Assembly (NCBI GenBank): GCA_043758815.1 | Contig: JAYVMS010000009.1 | Coordinates: 1 to 37,718 of the forward strand | DNA: 37,718 nt | Source: a bacterium | GTDB taxonomy: Bacteria > Patescibacteriota > Minisyncoccia > Phycocordibacterales > UBA6899 | Direction of reading: 5' to 3' | Shown here: one piece after another, positions 1 to 7,324 of the stretch | How the letters are laid out: each line of letters opens with the position of its first letter | Numbering within the stretch: the first letter of the stretch is position 1 | Made by a program: the position numbers and the translations under genes | Notes under the pieces: model-generated | The model's input: only the letters and a program-made list of their open reading frames with translations | Told to the model about the DNA's origin: nothing | Databases searched by the model: none

Positions 1-233
1 CCTGCGGCTTTTTTGTCTTCGACTATCTTTGTACCCTTCTTCATAAACCATGCTTCGTCTTTGTTGTAGTGCTTCCAGAATGTTGGCTCATCTGCGAGAC
101 CGAACTTCATTCCGACCACCTTGAGCCCTGCGCGCTCAAATCGCTTGAGGATCTCACCCATAAGTGCGCGCTGTATGGCGTCGGGTTTTAGAATGATAAA
201 TGTGCGCTCTTTCTTCGGATGTGCCTGCTGCAT
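1..233 (-). CDS. ndk: Nucleoside diphosphate kinase, N-terminal part. The C-terminus lies beyond the window edge.
   Basis: Reverse-complement translation from the ATG at 233 gives [44 protein letters not shown]..., the classic NDK N-terminus (ERTFxxxKPD). This ORF is not in the supplied track because it is truncated. Confidence 0.85.
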   Translation of the reverse strand, partial: MQQAHPKKERTFIILKPDAIQRALMGEILKRFERAGLKVVGMKFGLADEPTFWKHYNKDEAWFMKKGTKIVEDKKAA

Positions 234-280
234 ATGATTGTATTGTTAGGATTACTAAAGTTTAATTCGCTCCATACTAA

Positions 281-329
281 CAAAAAACACCAGTTATGCA
301 ACCAACGAATTGGCTCACATAAATGGTGT
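281..329 (-). terminator. Intrinsic terminator of the giant gene
   Basis: On the minus strand, just after the TAA at 340-338: ACACCATTTATG..CCAA TTCG TTGG..CATAACTGGTGT. The outer stem pairs 11 of 12 positions and there is a 4-bp inner stem. TTTTTTG follows. Confidence 0.6.
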
Positions 330-337
330 TTTCAGCT

Positions 338-3300
338 TTAGCGCTTGTGTGTCTCCATGTACATCAGGAGTTCGCCCTCAGCATCCGGTGAAACAACAAC
401 CTTCGTTTCGAGGTGATGCGCTTCGAGTATCTTGTACATTGCAAGCGGGCGTAGCTCTCCCTTTGCAAGCTTCATCGCATTTATTATTTCCATTTTTGCG
501 GCAGCAATATCTGTACTTAATCCTGGATTCATCTTGGTGCCCTGCTCAAGCTCAAGGAGATTAGTGAGGGTGAATGATTCGTCAGGTGTCGGAGTGTGCT
601 TAATGTACGCAGCAATTTCAGCGACACTGTGTGCGCGCTGAATACTTGCCTCAGGTGACACTACTACTCTGGGGGCGCTTTCTATTGCAGCGGCTTTGCT
701 GGCACTGCTCATTGCTTCAGGAGGCACGGAAACCGCGGGAGCCACTTCTGGGATTCGAATCTGCGCATCAAGCGCATTATGCTGATGCAGGATATGCATC
801 ATCTGCTCTGTTGTAAGCGGCACACCATTCGTAGCACGCATTTCTTGACCCAAATGAGCGACAGCCTCGTTGATATTATTCTTTGCCGCATCAGTGTCTG
901 CGAGTAAGGACAGACCCTTTATACTATGGAGCACGTTTGACTCAGTGGCGGATATTGAGCGGCCGAGCGTACTCTCGATAGATGCAGTATCACTTGCCGA
1001 AAGGGTGCCGACAAACTCACGCACTTCCCCGAAGCCTGTGGGGCTGTGTCCTGACATTACTGCCTCACTAGCGACTCCTCCCCCTCCACTCGTCTCCCCT
1101 AAATGCTGTGCGTGATTGATAAGACTCTCGCCGTTTATATTTATGAGTTTTTCCGAACCCAAGAGATCGTTCAATTTGTCTATTTGTATACTTTGCCCTG
1201 GGACAATGTGATTGGGGTCAATGATGCCTATTGCTTTCATGTCAACCAGAGTCAGCTTACTCAGTAGATTCTGTATCGCATTCTCTTGCTGTGGGGGTGT
1301 CAGATCCCTCATGACCGCAATGTGATCTTTGATGATGTGGGTGAGATTATCTCCTACTTTGACCACATATGCTGCGGTGGCACTTTCTTGACCTGAGTTC
1401 GCTGTCTCATTCTCGAGAGCCGCAGCTCCTTCTTGAATGCTTGTCGGCACATTAGTATTTTGAAGAATGTCGGCGATCTTTGCATCCATTGCCTCGCGAG
1501 TCATAGCAAGAGTTTTTGCAATTGCATCTTTTCCACTTTCATCAGCCGCCATGTACTCTTCAAACCCCTTCGCGAGCGCTGCTTGCTGTGGACCCACAAT
1601 TTCTTGCGGTAAGCCGCTCGTATTTCCTTGACCTCGTATTGCTTCACCGACTGCTCTTATCCCTGATGGGTTATATACAGCAGCATGGGTTGAAGATTTT
1701 TCTGCAAGAATTCCCGTACCGACGCCACCCCCAAAGTGCAGTAATTCTTTTGCTCCTTGAACTATGGCACCACCTGCAAGTGCGAAGCCACCACGAATCA
1801 ACCCTGACTTCACCGCCATCTTTCTGACTTCGCTCTTCCTTACCTCTTCGATAGTTTCTTGGCGGTTACCGACGATACGATCCATTTCTGCTTCGAGTGC
1901 ACCCTTGTCTACCGCGGTCTCTATCTCACCTTTGGACATTGCCTGGATGAAGCTTAAGCGGTTGGCTATGGTGTTGCCTTTGCGCGCGTCATCCTCTAGA
2001 AGCGATGAACCGCCGAAGTTTATCATGCCGCGTTCGTTCTTTTCTTTCATGAGCGCGACAGTTTGTGCAATCTTTTTTTCGAGAAGTTCACGCTCTGTAT
2101 CATCAGTCGACTGTTCAAGTTTGTTGGTTAAACGATCGACGCGCTTCACAAAGAAATTCGCATCGGTGAACTCGCGTATCTTTCTTGTTTCAACATGTTC
2201 GATAACTTTTTCTCCTGTCTGCTCATCGATAATCTCTTTGCCATGCTCATCTTTTTTAAATACTGCGTATTCTACTTCCTCGCGCACATCCTCTTCGCTC
2301 ATACGTCCATCGGCACGCTTTGCTTTCATCAGCTTCTTGCCTTCTGCCTGACCTATTCCGTAGCCGACTCCACCGCCTACCATCGCGATAACGGGAAGCA
2401 TAACACCGCCAGAGATTGCGACCGCGGCGGCGCGAGCTGCAGCACCATAGACCATAAAGCTCCCCTTTTTCTTCCAAAATTCCTTTGCAGCCACCCCGAT
2501 AACTGATTGATCCTCAACCTTAAGGAGAGCATCTTCTGCATTAGGATGCGTATTGAAAAGCTGATCGAGCTGCATTCGCTCATCCACCTTGTTCATCTCA
2601 AGCATTGCGGACTGGACTGGATCCTTATCTCCGCGTTCGGCAAATTTTGCCTCATAGGTTGCAAGCATGCTACTGCGCGCGGCATCATATTCAGCCTTCG
2701 CACCATTGTATTCGCGGCGCGTCTGTGAAAATCGTTCTAATAATCCGGGCTTTGCTGTCTCATAGCCCCACTCATGCGGGAACTTTGCATACGTATCTGC
2801 AGCTGCATTAAAGCGCTCCATAGCAGCGAGATTTTCCGGAGTAAGATGACCGGCATCAAGGTGGCCGAATATATCTTCGCGTGAAACATATTTAATACTG
2901 AGCTCGCCGTTTGCTTTAGTTTCTACTTCGGGACCGGCTTTGGCTACCTTTGTGAGCTCACCGAGTGCGGCGAGATTCTTCGCAAGGATCTTTATACGCT
3001 TGGGATCATTTGCGTCCCCCTCGCGTTGTTTTGCTGCAAGTTCTTTTTCTATCTGCGCCACACGGATATCAGGCGACATGCCGAGCGTTATTGCTGAAAG
3101 TCCAATACGCTTCCATATGCTTTTCTTTGCCCACTCTTCTTTCTGAAGCACTGCTGCATCCTTCTTCACATCCTCGAGCGCCATGGACTCGAGATTTTTT
3201 AGCGCAAGCAATTGCTGTCCGGAGGAAAGGTTTCTGAAGCCTGGAATACTCTTTATCATCTCTTCATCGATACCAAACTTCTCTTTGAATTGCTCTGCTA

Positions 3301-6300
3301 CAACAGGCTCAGGCATTGGCGCAGAGTCTTCTATTAAGCGCTCGGCAACTTTCGCCCAGCGATTGAGAGGTTCGTGTTGAAAAATACTGATGATTGCTTC
3401 TTTGTCGAGGCCATGCTCACTCAATCTCGAAAATGCGGCAATTCCCTGCTCAATCTGCTCGTTATATTCATTTCCCAGTACTTCGTTCTTTGACACCTCG
3501 AGAATGCTTAATAAACGCTTAGCAAATTCAGGAGCTTGGACCTTTACTATCGAGGTGATCATGTCTGCTGCGCTGCGTTCATCTTTGAGGTAGTCATAGA
3601 GACCGCCCTCCTCTTCGCTTTTGGTGAGAGATTTATATATTGCCTTGGGGTCACGACCCTCTTTCATGTATGCCAAGATCTCATCTGCAGCTTTCTGGTC
3701 GGCAATAACTCCCCTTTCGTTGCGTAATGCGCGTGACGCATACAGCGAGATTCTTTCCAACTCCCTTTCGAACATCATTGTCGCTTTTTCTTTTTCTTTT
3801 GCACTTGCACCTCCGTTCATGATGGCAAACTCTTCTTTTGCGCTTTGTATTGCATCTCTTGCCACTGCTTCGTTCATCGATCTATCAAAATTCGCTACTT
3901 GGCCCTCAAGAAGCACCGCATTAAATGCGTGCTGCTCCTCATGTTCGTAGATACCTTTTGCGCCACCTTCAAATGCTCTGCCCTGTGCTCGCTCAGCTAT
4001 GACTGCACCCCGAAGCTCGGGGATATACGTTGCAACACCCGCACACCCACCTGAGTGTTTCGCATCATCGATATCCTTCTGCTCTAGACTTTCAGTATTC
4101 TTACCTTTGCCTATATAGACTGCTGCATAATCATTATCATCGTGGATGCGGAAATACAGTGTCATTGGGCCTTTTATAACCTCTACTTTCCCTGCGGGCA
4201 CCATGCCGAAGCAGGCAGTAAAGAGCGCTTCGGGTGTATTGTATTTTTCAAAATTTTCTTCAACGGCAAGATGGATCTTGTTGTATTTGTCGTACGCTTT
4301 CTCCGCTATTGCAAACTGTTCTTTGGTTGGATGGAACTCTTTTGTCAGTTCAGTAAATTGCGCAAGAAAATCTTCTTTTGAGACATCAGAATTTGCTTTT
4401 ATTTGGCTGATCAATTCCTTTTGTGCATTTCCAATTCCTATCTTTTGTGCGGCGAGTCGTTCGCGATATGCAAGCAAGAGTGCTTTACGTTCTGCCTTAG
4501 GGGCTTTCAGAATGTTTTGCAGTTCTATTTCAGGATTCCACGCATCAGGGAGCTCTTTAACCATTACTTCTCCTTCGCCCAACACATCCTCAAGCGGAAG
4601 CTCGAGATCGAGTTTGGGGTCAGACTCAAGTTCAGGCTTCGGTGCTTCGGGGACTTTGGGGGCTCCCACATCGGCTTCGATCTTATCATCGTTTTCAGAA
4701 ACGACGAGCGAGGCGAGTTTCGTAAGAAGAATAGGGATCAAAACATTTTCGAGATAGGCCGGATGCCCGGTCGCATTCGCCTGAGAATCAGCTCTCCAAA
4801 TATCTGCCTCTCTTCTGCTTTCAGCAATATATCTTTCGATCGCCACTCTCTCCGTTTCTCCGGACTCCCTCGCGACCACTATCCGGTTAGCAATATCAGC
4901 TTCCGCCCGTCTCCTGGCCTCAGGGTCAACATTAAGTTTCACCTCTTCTTTTGGCGTATCTCCTCGTTCGAGTGCTGCGATCTTCTCGGCAATAATAGCA
5001 ATAAGCACTAATTCGAGGTAATCCGCATGACCACTTTCGCCCGCATTCTTCCATGCTTCCACCTCCATCTTGCTCTCCGCTAGGTATTTTTCGAGTGCTG
5101 TTTTTTCTGTCTCCCCGCTCTCAACTGAAACTTTTACCCTGTGAGCAATGTCCTCTTCGGCTTTTACTTTTAGCGTTTCGTATTCGGGATGTACTCGCTT
5201 GGGAGTTTTGGGAACTGTGATGATCTCATCCGGACCCCCAACCGGAACTTCGGGTGCTTCGATGGTGTGCTCAATAGGCAGAAGCTGCGGGTCTTCCGTC
5301 GCTTCATTTTTAAAATTGCGCGGAACCAAGGATTCAAGCTCCCATGCAGGAGCGTTGATATCCATGGCTTGCTCCTCAAGCGCATTGTCATAATCACTCA
5401 GTTTTGCTGTTGGTACTACTAAAGAGGGGGTTTTAAAAGTTTCTGACTCTATGAGGACCTGATCTGGTGGGAGTTGCGGGACATCAGGTGCAGCCGGAAG
5501 AGTGGATTCTATTGAAGTTTCCATGACTTCGTCAGTGGAATTGTTTATTAAATTGTTGTCCGGTAAATTAAGTGCATCGAGTTCAGCCTGTGCCCGCGCA
5601 GCATTTTGTTCTAATTTATCTAAATAACCGGTTTTGGGTTCGATGACATCAGGAAGTGTGTCTGCAGTTGCTTGCGCTGAATCAACAACCGGCTCGGGGG
5701 GATGAGAAAGAGCCACTGTAAGGGCACTGTTTCTTCGATATTTCGCCACCACAGGAACCTCGGCAAACTCTGTTAGCCATTTTTCTGGAACGGTGGCGCC
5801 ATGACCACTCTCTATTGCCTCAAGTGTGTTTTCGAGTGCACCGCGAGTTTTCTTTTCGAGACTGTAGAGTAATGCGCCCCTCTCTCTCCTCTGCCACTCT
5901 TCTTTTGCTAGACCGCTCAGCTTGGGGTTTGTATCAGACATCATACTATCTACTTCTTCCCAATTAGCGTCAATTAACTTTTTTTGTATTGCAGCGATAT
6001 CGTTCTGATCGACTGAAGCCTCTTGTGCGAGAGTTCCCATTCCAAAAGCAGCAATCGCCGCATCAGCATCCGATTGTTTCTTGACTGGAATTTCATCTTG
6101 CATCAGTTGCTCCTTGATCATGGCAAGCCCTGCGCCGATGTCGCTCACATCGATGCCTCGTGCGGCAAGTGTCTGTCGGATCTCGTCGCCAGAAAAGACC
6201 GCAAGATCGGGGGTACCGACCGCAGCTGCGATATCTTTCCAATTTGTCTTTCCTTCTGCTTTTTTTCGCAGCATTTGATTGGCTTCCCACTCGCGCGCAG

Positions 6301-7165
6301 AAAGCTCGCGCATGATGCGCTCAGCTGCCCACATGTTCACATTATATTTATCGAGCACAGCTTTATCACCTACGCGTATTGCCTGCTGCAACTCTTCATC
6401 AAGACTCTTAAAATCACTTACGACGACCTCTATGTTTCCGCCGATCTCAAGATCTGCCTTATTCAAATAGGCCTTTGCTTCTACTTCACCACCTAAGAGC
6501 CACTTGAGCTGGCTTTCGATGCTACGTTTTCGTTTGAGTTCTTCGGGATTAAGAATACGCTCGTCCGTGCCAAGTGCCATAAGCTCTGCCTCGAGTTCGT
6601 CGGCACGCTTAGTGAGACCGGGCAAAACTTCATCCCCCCTTCTTCTTCCCTCGAGCTCTCGCACTGCCCGCTGTCTTTCTCTGTCAACGTAATCGATCAT
6701 GTTGATCCTACTGATCAACATATCAGTTTTATTTAGCGGAGAGACTTCTTCTTTTTCAGCAGGCGATGAAACAGCTTCGATCGCATCCATGGGTGCTACT
6801 TGCGAAGAGAAATGACCGCCTGCATCTATAGGCGATTCAGTGGTCGACTCAACCAGAGTAGGAAGAGTCAGTGTTTGATCTTCTACTTGTTGTTGTTCAC
6901 CAGCCTGTTGCTCGAGTGGAGCGATATTTCCCACTGCAGGTGTGTAGTTCATCGCCGCTTTTATGCTCTCATATTCCCCCAAGGTCGAGATGATTGCATG
7001 GTTTTCTTGTTCAAATTGATGTTTTTCACTAAGTAGGCGAAGCTTCTCACGCGCATCATCCTCCAGCATGTCACTCTCGAGAATCTCTCTACTGAGAGCC
7101 TCAATTTCTTTAGCAACTCTTACCGTGAATTCCTCTTCTGTCTCTGGTGGATTGCGCTCTGTCAT
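338..7165 (-). CDS. Giant 2275-aa multidomain membrane-associated protein of unknown function
   Basis: A single uninterrupted 6.8-kb ORF with an ATG start. Features seen: an acidic coiled-coil-like N-terminus, a tandem ~70-aa repeat, an HEEQH motif, two Gly/Ala-rich hydrophobic hairpins, and a LysM-like segment. It has its own consensus promoter and terminator. Confidence 0.9.
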   Translation of the reverse strand: MTERNPPETEEEFTVRVAKEIEALSREILESDMLEDDAREKLRLLSEKHQFEQENHAIISTLGEYESIKAAMNYTPAVGNIAPLEQQAGEQQQVEDQTLTLPTLVESTTESPIDAGGHFSSQVAPMDAIEAVSSPAEKEEVSPLNKTDMLISRINMIDYVDRERQRAVRELEGRRRGDEVLPGLTKRADELEAELMALGTDERILNPEELKRKRSIESQLKWLLGGEVEAKAYLNKADLEIGGNIEVVVSDFKSLDEELQQAIRVGDKAVLDKYNVNMWAAERIMRELSAREWEANQMLRKKAEGKTNWKDIAAAVGTPDLAVFSGDEIRQTLAARGIDVSDIGAGLAMIKEQLMQDEIPVKKQSDADAAIAAFGMGTLAQEASVDQNDIAAIQKKLIDANWEEVDSMMSDTNPKLSGLAKEEWQRRERGALLYSLEKKTRGALENTLEAIESGHGATVPEKWLTEFAEVPVVAKYRRNSALTVALSHPPEPVVDSAQATADTLPDVIEPKTGYLDKLEQNAARAQAELDALNLPDNNLINNSTDEVMETSIESTLPAAPDVPQLPPDQVLIESETFKTPSLVVPTAKLSDYDNALEEQAMDINAPAWELESLVPRNFKNEATEDPQLLPIEHTIEAPEVPVGGPDEIITVPKTPKRVHPEYETLKVKAEEDIAHRVKVSVESGETEKTALEKYLAESKMEVEAWKNAGESGHADYLELVLIAIIAEKIAALERGDTPKEEVKLNVDPEARRRAEADIANRIVVARESGETERVAIERYIAESRREADIWRADSQANATGHPAYLENVLIPILLTKLASLVVSENDDKIEADVGAPKVPEAPKPELESDPKLDLELPLEDVLGEGEVMVKELPDAWNPEIELQNILKAPKAERKALLLAYRERLAAQKIGIGNAQKELISQIKANSDVSKEDFLAQFTELTKEFHPTKEQFAIAEKAYDKYNKIHLAVEENFEKYNTPEALFTACFGMVPAGKVEVIKGPMTLYFRIHDDNDYAAVYIGKGKNTESLEQKDIDDAKHSGGCAGVATYIPELRGAVIAERAQGRAFEGGAKGIYEHEEQHAFNAVLLEGQVANFDRSMNEAVARDAIQSAKEEFAIMNGGASAKEKEKATMMFERELERISLYASRALRNERGVIADQKAADEILAYMKEGRDPKAIYKSLTKSEEEGGLYDYLKDERSAADMITSIVKVQAPEFAKRLLSILEVSKNEVLGNEYNEQIEQGIAAFSRLSEHGLDKEAIISIFQHEPLNRWAKVAERLIEDSAPMPEPVVAEQFKEKFGIDEEMIKSIPGFRNLSSGQQLLALKNLESMALEDVKKDAAVLQKEEWAKKSIWKRIGLSAITLGMSPDIRVAQIEKELAAKQREGDANDPKRIKILAKNLAALGELTKVAKAGPEVETKANGELSIKYVSREDIFGHLDAGHLTPENLAAMERFNAAADTYAKFPHEWGYETAKPGLLERFSQTRREYNGAKAEYDAARSSMLATYEAKFAERGDKDPVQSAMLEMNKVDERMQLDQLFNTHPNAEDALLKVEDQSVIGVAAKEFWKKKGSFMVYGAAARAAAVAISGGVMLPVIAMVGGGVGYGIGQAEGKKLMKAKRADGRMSEEDVREEVEYAVFKKDEHGKEIIDEQTGEKVIEHVETRKIREFTDANFFVKRVDRLTNKLEQSTDDTERELLEKKIAQTVALMKEKNERGMINFGGSSLLEDDARKGNTIANRLSFIQAMSKGEIETAVDKGALEAEMDRIVGNRQETIEEVRKSEVRKMAVKSGLIRGGFALAGGAIVQGAKELLHFGGGVGTGILAEKSSTHAAVYNPSGIRAVGEAIRGQGNTSGLPQEIVGPQQAALAKGFEEYMAADESGKDAIAKTLAMTREAMDAKIADILQNTNVPTSIQEGAAALENETANSGQESATAAYVVKVGDNLTHIIKDHIAVMRDLTPPQQENAIQNLLSKLTLVDMKAIGIIDPNHIVPGQSIQIDKLNDLLGSEKLININGESLINHAQHLGETSGGGGVASEAVMSGHSPTGFGEVREFVGTLSASDTASIESTLGRSISATESNVLHSIKGLSLLADTDAAKNNINEAVAHLGQEMRATNGVPLTTEQMMHILHQHNALDAQIRIPEVAPAVSVPPEAMSSASKAAAIESAPRVVVSPEASIQRAHSVAEIAAYIKHTPTPDESFTLTNLLELEQGTKMNPGLSTDIAAAKMEIINAMKLAKGELRPLAMYKILEAHHLETKVVVSPDAEGELLMYMETHKR
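1175..1372 (-). other. LysM-like (peptidoglycan-binding-like) segment of the giant protein
   Basis: YVVKVGDNLTHIIKDH...IVPGQSIQIDKL matches the LysM ends (YxVKxGDxLxxI ... PGQxLxI). The interior is about 20 aa longer than canonical LysM. Confidence 0.45.
1700..1810 (-). other. Second hydrophobic Gly/Ala-rich membrane segment of the giant protein
   Basis: GLIRGGFALAGGAIVQGAKELLHFGGGVGTGILA. Confidence 0.4.
2350..2465 (-). other. First hydrophobic membrane hairpin of the giant protein
   Basis: SFMVYGAAARAAAVAISGGVMLPVIAMVGGGVGYGIG is flanked by Lys-rich stretches (KKKG... / ...EGKKLMKAKR). Confidence 0.55.
3929..3943 (-). other. HExxH (HEEQH) candidate zinc-metallopeptidase motif in the giant protein
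   Basis: The context is GAKGIYEHEEQHAFNAVLLEG. It is preceded by a beta-rich stretch (GKVEVIKGPMTLYFRIHDDNDYAAVYIGKG), as in zincin folds. Confidence 0.4.
4701..5160 (-). repeat. Two tandem ~70-aa protein repeats inside the giant gene
   Basis: AEEDIAHRVKVSVESGETEKTALEKYLAESKMEVEAWKNAGESGHADYLELVLIAIIAEKIAAL versus AEADIANRIVVARESGETERVAIERYIAESRREADIWRADSQANATGHPAYLENVLIPILLTKLASL. By eye these are roughly 45% identical. Confidence 0.7.
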
Positions 7166-7173
7166 ATATTTAA

Positions 7174-7202
7174 ATTATATCAATAATAATAAGAAATGTC
7201 AA
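7174..7202 (-). promoter_or_regulatory. Consensus sigma70-type promoter of the giant gene, implying a leaderless mRNA
   Basis: The minus strand reads TTGACA (7202-7197), a 17-nt spacer, then TGATATAAT (-10 hexamer at 7179-7174). Only 8 nt separate the -10 box from the ATG at 7165, and there is no SD. Confidence 0.6.
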
Positions 7203-7324
7203 GCTATTGCATGACGATAGTTGAAGTTAATTTAAGTTTAATTATACATTAAAACAGCCAATACAAAATAATTTATCGGTGATCACTGACTCTAGCTAAA
7301 AATCCTGACGTCGAGTATGGCGGA

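Noticed and set aside
751-761. GGATTCGAATC, which resembles a tRNA T-loop.
   Set aside because: It lies in frame inside the giant ORF (…IRIPEV…). No acceptor, D or anticodon stems can be built around it.
310-7036. Numerous plus-strand and alternative-frame track ORFs inside the giant gene, for example 310..564, 1764..2351, 4146..4757, 4403..5011 and 6023..6496.
   Set aside because: They are shadow ORFs antisense to, or out of frame with, a 6.8-kb continuous coding frame. Their composition is Ser/Cys/Phe/Arg-rich and low in complexity, and they have no SD or promoter signals.
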